Part shown: piece after piece, positions 30,012-39,996 of the stretch
Position numbering within the stretch: position 1 is the first letter of the stretch
Layout of the letters: each line of letters begins with the position of its first letter
Assembly: GCA_021772215.1 (NCBI GenBank)
Contig: JAJFMK010000154.1
Location: forward strand, 1 to 40,267
DNA length: 40,267 nucleotides
Source: Chlamydiota bacterium
Lineage (GTDB): Bacteria; Chlamydiota; Chlamydiia; Chlamydiales; JAJFMK01
Reading direction: 5' to 3'
Made by a program: the position numbers and the translations under genes
Notes under the pieces: generated by a model
The model's database searches: none
What the model saw: the letters and a program-made list of their open reading frames with translations, nothing else
Told to the model about the DNA's origin: nothing

Positions 30012-33000
30012 CTATTCCTGAAGTAAAGGTACGTTTAGAAGCCCCAATTCCGTCCCACCTTTATCCGTGCCCCCCACATCGAATTTTATCTCTTCTAAAA
30101 TTACACTCCCGCTCCCATAAGCACGGATTGTGTAAATCCCTTTATCGTGAATATTTGGGTCACGAGTGGTTATAACTTTGTTGGTGGCATCGTTATAGCT
30201 AAGCCAACTTGGAAGGGGTGTCCCTTCAGAAAGGGGTTTATCGAAGGTCAATAGCTTGGTCCATTTGTTTAAAGGGATGGGCAAACCTAAGAGCGCTTCT
30301 TTCCCCAAAAAAGCCTCAACGCTAACAATATCGGATCTGTTTGCTTGAAAGGTATAACTAAATGGAGCGTTGAAGGGGACATTACGAGTTCCCTTGTCAT
30401 ATTTTCCACTGTTTAAAGGGTTGAGGATAAAGCCTCTTTTTTTAACCCACCCAACTGCAAAAGCTGCTAAGCTTAAAGTAGGCCCTACAATTCTAAGGTT
30501 TCGCTCCTCGGTCGATGTTCCATGCACACTTAAATCAAAAGAAGAGCAGGCCTCTTCGTCCCCATCAGAAGCGCAGATTTTTATCGGAACCACTTTATCT
30601 CTAAAGGCTCCCGTGTCTGAAGGGCCTGGTTTACCCTCTAAAGTCTTGTCGGCAAAAGAGAGCCAATTTGGAAGAGAGCGTCCATTCGTTTTCGCTGCTC
30701 TTAAAGCTAAGGGGTCACCATTAGGATCCTTAAAAGTATTGTCAGGAACAACAAGCCGGAAGATTTGGCCTACTTGCGCAAATTGAGTTGAGATACCATT
30801 GGCAACTTGCGGTTTTGCATTTTTTTCCACGGTTAGAAAAACAGCGCCAGCGACGGGCTCTTGGACGCCATCGCTGGCTACAATGAGGATATCGTAAGTT
30901 CCCTCAGAGTTGTTTGGGGGAACTGCGGCAAGTGTATTTGCTTGGGTATCGAACAGTAGCCATGTAGGGAGAGGGGATCTATCTCCTAAAGTAACTGTAT
31001 AGAAAACTGCTCCAAGAGGATTGCTGATCATGTCAGGCGGAATGAGGTATAAAAAGGTTCCACCAACCCGGGAAGTTTCTTCTGAGATTGTTTCAATAAC
31101 GTTTAATGTAAATAAGGTTTCAACCCATCCTCCTTTTGGATCTGTTGCAGTTAACTTAAGGGATAATTGCTCTTTATCTGTAGGAAGAGGTGTTCCTTGA
31201 AACTCCAGTCTTGCCCCTACAAAATCTAGCCAATTTGGCAGAAGGTCACCATTTGACTTCGAAGCAAAATAACTAAGGGGTAAGCCGTCATGAGAAATAA
31301 AAGTATTCGCTGGTAAAGCAAAAGCGTAAGGATGTCCCACTGAGGCGATTTGGTCGGGTATGGGGTGTTGTAGATCGGGAAATTTTTCTATCTCAAGCAG
31401 AAAAGTGGTTGAGGCAGAGGCACCTGCAGCATCAGTAGCTTGTAACTCGATGAGTTTTGTTCCACTGTCACTCATTGATGGGGTTCCGGAAAATTCAAGT
31501 GTAGTTGAGTTGAAGCTCAACCAAAAAGGAAGCGAAGAGGTTGTGTAGGTGAGAATATCTTCTTCGTCTGCGTCGGTGAAAGTCTCTTGTGGCACGGTGA
31601 AGGAAAAAAGAGTGTCGACGTCGACAGGAAGATTAGGAATAGGATTTGAAACCACAGGGAAGTGTTCTACAAATAAAGAGAATTTAGTGGTAGCCGTGGC
31701 AGGGATCAACCCGTCAAATGCCGAGATTTCAACAGTGTAGTTTCCTCTGTCGGTTTCAGAAGGAGTACCAGAGAAAATGCCAATGGGCGAAAAACTAAGC
31801 CAGGTTGGGAGCGAGCTTTGGTTCGCAAGTTTGTAGGAGAAAAATATGATGTCACTGTTTGGGTCTGGAAAGGCGCTTTGGTTAATAAAGTGGGAAAAGG
31901 GGGTGTTGATGTCTGCTAGTTGGTTGGGAAGAGTTCCGCTCAGAGTCGGTGGCCCTTGGACCTGTAGGGAGAAGGATAAGGATACGGAGTTTTGGGTGGG
32001 ATCTGTTGCAGTGATATCGATTTCGTAATTTCCTATATCTTCTTGATCAGGGATACCAGAAAGAATCGATCCGATTTCAATGATGTGCAGACCAGATGTA
32101 TGGTATGCAACATATGCTACATGTCCGACTGCGTGAACTCCATATGCATCACCCGGCGTATCATAATTACCAATGAAAAATGGCGAAGAGGGATTGGTGA
32201 CATCAGCAATTGTTAAACCCCCAGTACTACTAGCGATATAGGCTAAATTATTAACCACATAGATCTCAGAATTGCAGCAATCGGGTGATGGTATTGATAA
32301 CGTGGAGACCTCAACAGGAAAAGAGGGATTAGAGATGTCAATAATTGTAAGGTCGTATTCTCCTAGGTAAGCAAAGTTATCTGCTACATGCACACCAGCT
32401 GTCGAATACTGCGTATAAAAATCGGTAATGAGGACAGGAGAGGAAGGGTCGGATACATCAATAATAATTAAATTTGACCAATCAAGCAAATAAGCTACCT
32501 GTTTGCCCACAGATACATCTACATTCGAAAAGGTTATTTCATAAGGATAGCTACCAACAAGGGCAGGAAGGGATGGATCGCAGACATCGACAATTTGCAG
32601 GCCAACGCCAAAGTCAGCAATATATGCCAGACCATCGACAACATGCACAGCATACGCTTCACCCGGCGTATCATAGGCGCTAAACAGGATTGGAACGGCA
32701 GGGTCAGAGGCATCAATAATATGAAGGCCTGAGCTTCCGACAGCAGCATAAACCACATTGCCGCCCGCATCAAGATCAACAATCGCCTCAGGTAAAGTGT
32801 AAGTGCTAAGTAATGTGGGAGAAAGGGCGATGCTGATATCAATTATTTGGAGGTAAAGGCCATCTGCAACATAGGCTTTGTTTCCAGCAACACGAACGCG
32901 AGTCCATTCTCCACGAGTACTTATGCGGCCCAAGAGATTCATTCCGGATCGTTCTAAGTTGACCCATGCAGGTAATGTCGATTTGCCCTTCTCCACAGCA

Positions 33001-33275
33001 TCTACTGTTAAACCTCCCGATTCAGGGTAGGAAAAAAAGCTACTGGCTGCAAATGAGTAGCTAAAGAGGTGGTTTGGAAGTGCAATTTGTCGATTGGGAC
33101 CTGCAACGACTTCTATACCCGTTGTGAGACGCCGTCTCTGTAGCTCTGCCGCCTCTCTTCGAACTGCTGTTTGCGCAAGAGCTGAGCCAAAGACAGCGGA
33201 AAGAACAACCGCCCCTCTGACAGCTTGTTGAGTGAACGGTCTATTAACGCTTAAATCATATCTGCCTATTTTCAA
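30012..33275 (-). CDS. LVIVD-propeller / He_PIG membrane protein, - strand paralog (1087 aa), TTG start
   Basis: The first codon is TTG (reverse complement of 33273-33275), 4 nt after the upstream stop. The N-terminus MKIGRYDLSVNRPFTQQAVRGAVVLSAVFGSALA aligns with MKITRNSPNVQITQQVIRGTAIICS... of the next paralog. There is no in-frame ATG nearby, so the TTG is needed. It has 7 blades, Cys pair ICASDGDEEACSSF and TM ...AAFAVGWVKKRG. The tail ends NVPLLQE. Confidence 0.88.
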   Translation of the reverse strand: MKIGRYDLSVNRPFTQQAVRGAVVLSAVFGSALAQTAVRREAAELQRRRLTTGIEVVAGPNRQIALPNHLFSYSFAASSFFSYPESGGLTVDAVEKGKSTLPAWVNLERSGMNLLGRISTRGEWTRVRVAGNKAYVADGLYLQIIDISIALSPTLLSTYTLPEAIVDLDAGGNVVYAAVGSSGLHIIDASDPAVPILFSAYDTPGEAYAVHVVDGLAYIADFGVGLQIVDVCDPSLPALVGSYPYEITFSNVDVSVGKQVAYLLDWSNLIIIDVSDPSSPVLITDFYTQYSTAGVHVADNFAYLGEYDLTIIDISNPSFPVEVSTLSIPSPDCCNSEIYVVNNLAYIASSTGGLTIADVTNPSSPFFIGNYDTPGDAYGVHAVGHVAYVAYHTSGLHIIEIGSILSGIPDQEDIGNYEIDITATDPTQNSVSLSFSLQVQGPPTLSGTLPNQLADINTPFSHFINQSAFPDPNSDIIFFSYKLANQSSLPTWLSFSPIGIFSGTPSETDRGNYTVEISAFDGLIPATATTKFSLFVEHFPVVSNPIPNLPVDVDTLFSFTVPQETFTDADEEDILTYTTSSLPFWLSFNSTTLEFSGTPSMSDSGTKLIELQATDAAGASASTTFLLEIEKFPDLQHPIPDQIASVGHPYAFALPANTFISHDGLPLSYFASKSNGDLLPNWLDFVGARLEFQGTPLPTDKEQLSLKLTATDPKGGWVETLFTLNVIETISEETSRVGGTFLYLIPPDMISNPLGAVFYTVTLGDRSPLPTWLLFDTQANTLAAVPPNNSEGTYDILIVASDGVQEPVAGAVFLTVEKNAKPQVANGISTQFAQVGQIFRLVVPDNTFKDPNGDPLALRAAKTNGRSLPNWLSFADKTLEGKPGPSDTGAFRDKVVPIKICASDGDEEACSSFDLSVHGTSTEERNLRIVGPTLSLAAFAVGWVKKRGFILNPLNSGKYDKGTRNVPFNAPFSYTFQANRSDIVSVEAFLGKEALLGLPIPLNKWTKLLTFDKPLSEGTPLPSWLSYNDATNKVITTRDPNIHDKGIYTIRAYGSGSVILEEIKFDVGGTDKGGTELGLLNVPLLQE

Positions 33276-33279
33276 TGGT

Positions 33280-36200
33280 CTATTCCTTTTCTGTTCTACA
33301 GACTACAAGGCGGATTTTTTCGACAATTACATCACCACTGGCGTAGGCACGGATTGTATAGACGCCTTCGTTGTCATCTGTAGGAGAATATTTACTTTCG
33401 AGTCTGTTTTTTCCTTGATCGTATTTCAGCCAATCGGGGAGGGGAGCTCCGCCGGGAATAGGTTTGTCGAAAAAAAGCCACTGTGTCCACCAGCTTTTCT
33501 TAATCGGAAGCTCAAATAGGGTTTTTGTTCCTTGGTAGGTTTGGATTCGGACAATTTTAGATTTATCCACCTGAAACGGATAGTTAAAATCCTTACCAAG
33601 GAGGGCATTACGTGTTCCTTTATCATATTTTTTGCGGTTTAACTGGTTGAGGATAAGGCCTCTTTTTTTTACCCACCCAAATCCTAATGCTGCAAAGCTG
33701 GAAAGAGGCGCTAAAATATTAACAGCAGTTTCTTCTCGCGATGTGCCCTGTACACTAACATCAAAAGGGGAGCAGACCTCCTGATCCCCATCAGATGCGC
33801 AGATTTGCAAGGGGATAGTCTTATCGCTAAAGGCACCTGTGTGTGATGGTCCCGGCTTACCCTCCAATGTTCTATTTTGAAAACTGAGCCAACTTGGAAG
33901 TTTGGCTCCAGTTGCTTTTAAGGCGGTTAGTGTTAGAGGGTCATCATTTGGATCTGTAAAGGTATTATCGGGAACCACAAAACGGAATTTTTGATCTACT
34001 TGTGCCACTTGGTTTGAAATTCCATTGGAAATTTGTGGTCTTGCATTATGACCAACTTTTAGAGAAACGGTTCCAAGCACAGGGTTTTCTGTGCCGTCAT
34101 CCGCAGAGATGAGGATATTGTAATTTTCCTTTGCACTAGAAGGGGGAACGCCGCTTATGATATTTTTATCTGCATCGAATATCATCCAAAAGGGAAGGGG
34201 CGAGTAGTCTCCTAGTGTGACCGTGTAGCTAACGGGTCCTTGGGGGTTGCTGATCATATCATCCGGGATTGTGAAGACAAACGTCCCTCCAAAACGGGTA
34301 ACTATCTCAGAAAGTGGGGACGCCACATTTAATTGGAAGACGCTTTCCGTCCACCCCCCTTTAGAATCTTCAGCAACTAACCTTAATGATGCTACTCCTT
34401 TGTCTGTTGGCTGTGGCGTTCCGTAAAACTCTAACCTCATTTCTGCAAACTCTAGCCAATTTGGCAAGGGACTCCTGTCGGATTTTGTAGCGCGATAGCG
34501 CAGCTGGGAGCCATCAGGTGAAGAAAAGGTATTTCCAGGTACCGCGTAAGTATAGGGAAGTCCTACTGCAGCAACTTGACCGGGAACGGGAATAAGTAAA
34601 TCTGGAAAGTGACCAACCTCAAGTCTAAAGGTAGTGGAGGCGGTTGCTCCTACGGGATCGGTAGCGAAAATGTCGATAAATGCAACCCCTATATCACTAC
34701 TCAAAGGTGTTCCAGAGAAAGCTCGTCTGTTCGAGTTGAAAAACAACCAACTCGGGAGATTAGAGGTGGTATATAACAGAGCGTCGTTATCGTCTGCATC
34801 GGTAAAAGTTCCATCTACGGTCAAGGAAAAAGACCTATCTATTCCAGCTGCTTGGTTGGGTATAGAAGTTGAAACCTCGGGAAAATGTTCCACAAATAGA
34901 GAAAATATTGTAGTCGTAGCACCTGGAACCCTTCTATCCAATGCGGAGACTTCTACAGTTAAGTTGTCCCTATTTGCCGCTTTAGGGGTCCCAGAAAAGA
35001 TCCCATCAGGAGAAAATTCTAGCCAAAGAGGTAAAGGGTCTTGGTCTTGTAGCCTCGCTGAGTAGAAGATAACATCGTTATTTAGATCTTCGAAGACACT
35101 TTGGTCAATAAGGTAGGAAAAGGGTGCGTTGATATTTACTGCTTGGCTTGGGATGTAACTATTCACCATGGGTAAGCCTTCGACCCGGACAGTGAATGTT
35201 AAAGAGGCTTGATTTCCATCAGGATCTGTGGCAATGAAATCAATTTCGTAATTACCAATATCCTTTAAACTGGGGATTCCTCTCAAAGATAATTTGGGAT
35301 CAAAGATGTGTAGACCAAAATTTCGGTCCGTTGCAAAAATCTGGTTGCCCATTGCAGACACAGCAAGAACGTCACCAGGAGTTTGATACCTGTTTATGAA
35401 ACTGGGGGAAAACGGATCTTCGATATCTATAGCTTCTAAACCAAGATTGTTGTGAGCAATATAGGCGACATTATTAGCTACACAGAGGTCATTTCCATCA
35501 ACTTGTAGGTCATAACTTCCAACGAAGATTGGAGAAGATGAATTAGAGATATCTACTATCTGAAGGCTGGGGCTTTCATCTAGGACATAAGCGGTATTTC
35601 CGGCTACATACACATGGGTAGCTTCGCTTGGAGTAGGGAAACTGCTGGTTAAAAAAGGAGAAGAGGGGTCGCTAACATCAAGGACTAATAGGCCCGAACT
35701 ACCGCTAGCGACGTAGGCGTAATTTCCAACCACTGACACACTATTCGCGTTGCCTAATGTATCAAAGACGCTCAGTCGGTCGGGGGAAGAGGGGTCAGCC
35801 ACGCTGACAATCTCCAAGAAGCGGCCATCAGTAGCAAGGTAAGCGGTGCTATCGACCACAAAAACTTCACGAAATGGACCAATAGAATAACACCCAAGTA
35901 AGCTCGGTGAAGGCAGGGTGGAGACATCAATAATTTCTAGGAAAAGACCCTCAAAGCCAGTCAATACATATCCCAAGTTATCAACTACATACACTCCGGT
36001 TGCATGTTGGTATTTGGGAAGGTAGCTGCCGATTAAAGAAGGAAAAGCGGGGTTAGTGATATTAAAAATGGAGAGGCCTTCATGGTAATCTGCTACATAA
36101 GCTGTTTCGCCCACTACATGGACTCCTTTTGCTTCTCCTGGCGTATTTATTGCTCCTAAAAGAGTAGAATCTTCGCTTTTTAAGCTCATCCAAGACGGAA

Positions 36201-36510
36201 GTGCTGAGGAGTCTTTCTCGACAGCTCGAACGGTAAATCCTGTATGGTTAGAGTCTGAAAATAAGCTTTCTGGAGAGAACAGGAAGGAAAACATGCTTTT
36301 AGGAAACGCAGACTGAGGGGGAGGGATTGCGATAGCTTTGGGCCCCATTGGCAAGCTCTGTCTTTCCAATTGTCCAAGAGCTGCAAATACAGAGCTCACA
36401 GTGGATAGAAGAATTGCTGAGCACCGCACTACCTGTTGAGCAAACTGTCCGTTGCTTTTTAGATTTTTATTTTCTACTTGCATCGATTTCTCTTCAACTT
36501 GAGGAGACAC
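33280..36510 (-). CDS. LVIVD-propeller / He_PIG membrane protein, - strand paralog (1076 aa as tracked)
   Basis: The tracked start is GTG at 36510. The first ATG is at 36483 (MQVENKNLK...), so the start is uncertain by 9 codons. Architecture is collinear: CSAILLSTVSSVFAALG, blades, Cys pair ICASDGDQEVCSPF and TM ...AALGFGWVKKRG. The tail ends VVCRTEKE and lacks a PLL motif. Confidence 0.88.
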   Translation of the reverse strand: MSPQVEEKSMQVENKNLKSNGQFAQQVVRCSAILLSTVSSVFAALGQLERQSLPMGPKAIAIPPPQSAFPKSMFSFLFSPESLFSDSNHTGFTVRAVEKDSSALPSWMSLKSEDSTLLGAINTPGEAKGVHVVGETAYVADYHEGLSIFNITNPAFPSLIGSYLPKYQHATGVYVVDNLGYVLTGFEGLFLEIIDVSTLPSPSLLGCYSIGPFREVFVVDSTAYLATDGRFLEIVSVADPSSPDRLSVFDTLGNANSVSVVGNYAYVASGSSGLLVLDVSDPSSPFLTSSFPTPSEATHVYVAGNTAYVLDESPSLQIVDISNSSSPIFVGSYDLQVDGNDLCVANNVAYIAHNNLGLEAIDIEDPFSPSFINRYQTPGDVLAVSAMGNQIFATDRNFGLHIFDPKLSLRGIPSLKDIGNYEIDFIATDPDGNQASLTFTVRVEGLPMVNSYIPSQAVNINAPFSYLIDQSVFEDLNNDVIFYSARLQDQDPLPLWLEFSPDGIFSGTPKAANRDNLTVEVSALDRRVPGATTTIFSLFVEHFPEVSTSIPNQAAGIDRSFSLTVDGTFTDADDNDALLYTTSNLPSWLFFNSNRRAFSGTPLSSDIGVAFIDIFATDPVGATASTTFRLEVGHFPDLLIPVPGQVAAVGLPYTYAVPGNTFSSPDGSQLRYRATKSDRSPLPNWLEFAEMRLEFYGTPQPTDKGVASLRLVAEDSKGGWTESVFQLNVASPLSEIVTRFGGTFVFTIPDDMISNPQGPVSYTVTLGDYSPLPFWMIFDADKNIISGVPPSSAKENYNILISADDGTENPVLGTVSLKVGHNARPQISNGISNQVAQVDQKFRFVVPDNTFTDPNDDPLTLTALKATGAKLPSWLSFQNRTLEGKPGPSHTGAFSDKTIPLQICASDGDQEVCSPFDVSVQGTSREETAVNILAPLSSFAALGFGWVKKRGLILNQLNRKKYDKGTRNALLGKDFNYPFQVDKSKIVRIQTYQGTKTLFELPIKKSWWTQWLFFDKPIPGGAPLPDWLKYDQGKNRLESKYSPTDDNEGVYTIRAYASGDVIVEKIRLVVCRTEKE

Positions 36511-36553
36511 TGAATACCTCGCGAAGGGCCGCTTTTTTTACACCGAACACCTC

Positions 36554-36600
36554 AATTTTGCAAGCCCCCTACTGCCAACAGTATGCGAACTTGCAAAATT
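36554..36600. repeat. Hairpin-forming inverted repeat in the only sizeable gap of the - strand array
   Basis: AATTTTGCAAG (36554-36564) and CTTGCAAAATT (36590-36600) are perfect 11-bp reverse complements with a 25-nt spacer. The TTTTGCAAG/CTTGCAAAA core is the same as in the termini of the 11382-11575 element. Confidence 0.6.
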
Positions 36601-36658
36601 CCAAAACTTGAGGCAAAATCATCGAAAAATCGGCCTGCACGAATTAATCAGTGTCTCC

Positions 36659-39600
36659 CTAAAGAAGCTGCATCTCACCAGCTTCATCTATATTTCCGGC
36701 GACAAGGCGGATTCGTTCAAGTATGATTTCGCCTTGACCCATTAGATCTATTGTATAAACGCCCTCGTCTCCTATTTGACATCCTGTTTCACTTGTCAGT
36801 AAATTCTTCTCATCGTTATATGTTAACCAGTAGGGGGTTCTTTGACTCTTTGGCAGCTGTTTATCAACTTGCCAAAAGGTGGCACACTTTGCCTGCTGCA
36901 TGCATTTAGGTAGAGGGATAAGAGACTCTTTCCCTCTATAGCTTCTGATCTCAACTATCTTCTCTTTCTCAGTATTAACCCCAATATTCAACTTTTCACC
37001 ATAGTCTACAGTTATCGAATCTCTCGTAAAACTGTTTTTGTAGAATCGGTTCAATATAACGCCTCTTTTCGTATACCAACCATACATAAGAACAGCGCCA
37101 CTTCCAAGAGGCCCGGCAATACTTAACGCCAACTCTAGATTTGAAGTCCCTTGAACCGTTAGATCAAGAGGAGTACAAATTTCTTCTTGTCCATCATCCG
37201 CGCAAACTTTTAGGTGATATGTCTTATCGCTAAAATCTCCTGTATCTGAACGGCCAGGGTTTCCAATAAAAACATTTCCATCCGTTTCGAAGCTAAGCCA
37301 AGATGGAAGAGGACGCTCATCAACTCGTCTTGCTGCGAGAGTAAGAGGGGTACCATTAGGATCTAAAAATGTGTCGGCGGGGACGACAAAGCGAAACTCT
37401 TGTAAGATTTTAGCAAATTGCGTCGCAATTGGGTTCTGCACTTGAGGAGGGTCATTCTCTTCAACTTGGATAAAGAGTGCACCATTGACTGGATTTTGAA
37501 TACCATCGTCTGCCGTTACTATTAAAGAGAGAGCATCATCTGTTACTGGGGTGCCATCAAAAACACCAGAGATAGGATTTAGATTCATCCAGCTGGGCAG
37601 CGGTGTACCGTCCTCTCTTAAAGCGCTGTAGGAAACTGAGCCAGCTGGAGTAAATAGGGAGCCAAAAGAGACCGCAAAAGAAAAAGGGCTTCCTATTTGT
37701 AGGTTTTCTTGACCTAAGAAATCGGTCACAGTCAGGTTAAAAAAAGCCTCTGCATATGCCATTTTTGAGTCTTCTACTCGAACTTTTATCGAAAGGGGCC
37801 CTCTATCTGAAATCAAAGGTGTCCCTAAAAACTGCCGTTGACCTTCCTTAAAGAATAGCCAATTAGGCAGAGGATTGCCACTTTCTGTTGTCGCAGAGTA
37901 GAATAAAACAGGATCATCAAGATCTGCAAAACTGTTGGGGGGAATAGAGTAGAAAAAGGGATAATCGATAGCTGCTAGCTTTGAAGCAATAGGATTCACA
38001 AGTTCGGGAAAATGTTCGACGATAAGATTAAATTCCGCCTGAGCCTCTCCCCCCACGCTATCATGAGCCAAAACAGATATTTTACTAGTTCCCGCATTAG
38101 AAGATTGAGTAACGCCGCTAAAGGAGAGATCTGTAGAGTTAAAGTCAACCCAAGAAGGCAATGAGCCGCCGGTACCGAATGCCGAGTAAGTCAGAAGATC
38201 TCCACTGTCTGCATCAAAAAAAAGCCCCGAAGGAAGATAAAATTGAAAAGGGACATCTATATTTAGAACTTGATCAGGAATTGATAAAACAGTTTCTGGA
38301 AAATGATCTACAATTAGTGAAAAAGTGCTCTTCGCGGTCCCCGCTGAAAAGGCATCGTGCGCTATTATAGAAAATGTATGATTTCCTACATCTACTGATG
38401 GAGGTAAACCTGACAAAATTCCGATCGAAGAGAACTGTAACCAAGTAGGTAGAGGGTCTACTCCATCTGAGGCTAGGTTATAAAAAATGACATCCTCATT
38501 TGGATCAGAAAAGGCATCCTGGTCTAAAAAGTAACTAAACTGCTCTCCAACGTTTACAAGCTGTGAAAGAAAAGGGTTGTTTACAACGGGTGGTCCCTCA
38601 ACCCTTACAGTAAAAAGAGAGGTTGCTTGTAGTTGATCTTGATCAGTCGCAAGGAGTTCAAGGCGATAGTTTCCAATGTCACTCGCTGTTGGATTTCCAC
38701 TGAGTTCAACGCCAATTTTGGATCCACCCATTTCATCTGCTGTAAAAACAGCGTAGCTACCGACAATTTCTAACAGTGTAATCGTTTCAAGAGGTATTGC
38801 GTAACCATCATCGTAATCTTCAATAATAAAAGTGTCGATTGCACCTTTCCAAACAGGTGAAGAGGCGTTACTGACATCAACAGTATGCAGAGCCGCATCT
38901 ACGAAGCCATTCCAGTTTAAATCTCGGACATAAGCAAAATTTCCAGCAACTCGCGCCGATTCCACAGAAAACTGTGGAAAGCTTGCTCCGCCAACAAATT
39001 GAGGATTTCCAGGATCGCTAACATCTATAATTTTCAATCCATCCAACTGACAGGCAATAAAAGCTAACCCTCCCAAAAGCTTCACGTCTAAGGCATCACA
39101 AGGGCCTTCCCAAGATCCAACTAAAATGGGTGCGCTTGGATCTTGAACATTGATGACCTGTAACCCTGAACCAAGACAAGAAACAAATGCGAAGTCGTCT
39201 CTAACCTCTAAACTTGTTGCATTGCCAGCTGTTACAAATGTGCTTATGGTTTGAGCAGGTGCTCCAGAAATATCAATCATTTCCAAACCTGCTCCTCCAG
39301 CAGCTAGAAAAATGGTATCATCAATAACCTGGATATCCAACCCCTCTTCTGAAGTTGTTATTGTCTCGATCAAGTTAATTGAAGCGGGATTACTGAAGTC
39401 TAAAACCTGAATTTCCTTAGATTTGGTAGGAATATAGGCTCGATTTTCATTTACAAATAGTTTTTCAGCATCGTCCACCCCGGTAAAGCTTCCCAGTAAT
39501 AGAAGATTTTCGGAGTTATGAAAGTCAAATATAGAGAAATCATAAGATAAATAATTCCTCTCAACAGTAAACAAATTTTGACCAATTGCATGCAATGAGT

Positions 39601-39982
39601 AAGGATACGGAGAATCGTCTAATTGAAAATCTGTAACCTGGTCTGCAGTATCGTCGATACTGATCCAATTCGGAAGAGCGACTCCATCAGCTCCCTGTAC
39701 TTTAACAGCTAGAGGTCCACCCTCTGGATCAGAAAAGAAATCGAGGGGGGAAAAGGAAAATGAAAAGGCATTTCCTGGAACAGTAGATTGCTGAGGAACA
39801 ACACCCTGCAGCTGCGGCGCCTGCAGAGAACGGCGTGCTATTGAAGCCGTTTTGACATCAACCTCATTCCCTTCCCTTGCCAACGCAGTGCCAGCATAGA
39901 AACAGGTCCCTAAAACGGTAGCGCCCCTCAAAAGTTGCCAAGGGAGTGATAAGAAACCAAAACCTTTTCCATTAATATCCAT
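36659..39982 (-). CDS. LVIVD-propeller / He_PIG membrane protein, most divergent - strand paralog (1107 aa)
   Basis: The ATG lies 14 nt after the stop of the upstream partial paralog. It has a signal-like GATVLGTCFYAGTALA and degenerate blades (e.g. RDDFAFVSCLGSGLQVINVQDPSAP). He_PIG modules follow, then Cys pair VCADDGQEEICTPL and TM ...GAVLMYGWYTKRG. The tail ends EAGEMQLL. Confidence 0.88.
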   Translation of the reverse strand: MDINGKGFGFLSLPWQLLRGATVLGTCFYAGTALAREGNEVDVKTASIARRSLQAPQLQGVVPQQSTVPGNAFSFSFSPLDFFSDPEGGPLAVKVQGADGVALPNWISIDDTADQVTDFQLDDSPYPYSLHAIGQNLFTVERNYLSYDFSIFDFHNSENLLLLGSFTGVDDAEKLFVNENRAYIPTKSKEIQVLDFSNPASINLIETITTSEEGLDIQVIDDTIFLAAGGAGLEMIDISGAPAQTISTFVTAGNATSLEVRDDFAFVSCLGSGLQVINVQDPSAPILVGSWEGPCDALDVKLLGGLAFIACQLDGLKIIDVSDPGNPQFVGGASFPQFSVESARVAGNFAYVRDLNWNGFVDAALHTVDVSNASSPVWKGAIDTFIIEDYDDGYAIPLETITLLEIVGSYAVFTADEMGGSKIGVELSGNPTASDIGNYRLELLATDQDQLQATSLFTVRVEGPPVVNNPFLSQLVNVGEQFSYFLDQDAFSDPNEDVIFYNLASDGVDPLPTWLQFSSIGILSGLPPSVDVGNHTFSIIAHDAFSAGTAKSTFSLIVDHFPETVLSIPDQVLNIDVPFQFYLPSGLFFDADSGDLLTYSAFGTGGSLPSWVDFNSTDLSFSGVTQSSNAGTSKISVLAHDSVGGEAQAEFNLIVEHFPELVNPIASKLAAIDYPFFYSIPPNSFADLDDPVLFYSATTESGNPLPNWLFFKEGQRQFLGTPLISDRGPLSIKVRVEDSKMAYAEAFFNLTVTDFLGQENLQIGSPFSFAVSFGSLFTPAGSVSYSALREDGTPLPSWMNLNPISGVFDGTPVTDDALSLIVTADDGIQNPVNGALFIQVEENDPPQVQNPIATQFAKILQEFRFVVPADTFLDPNGTPLTLAARRVDERPLPSWLSFETDGNVFIGNPGRSDTGDFSDKTYHLKVCADDGQEEICTPLDLTVQGTSNLELALSIAGPLGSGAVLMYGWYTKRGVILNRFYKNSFTRDSITVDYGEKLNIGVNTEKEKIVEIRSYRGKESLIPLPKCMQQAKCATFWQVDKQLPKSQRTPYWLTYNDEKNLLTSETGCQIGDEGVYTIDLMGQGEIILERIRLVAGNIDEAGEMQLL

Positions 39983-39996
39983 ACAATTTACCTAAT

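Noticed and set aside
36521-36539. gcgaagggccgc followed by T7, resembling a + strand intrinsic terminator
   Set aside because: The stem is only 3-4 bp, and no + strand gene ends here. On the relevant - strand it reads as an A-run.
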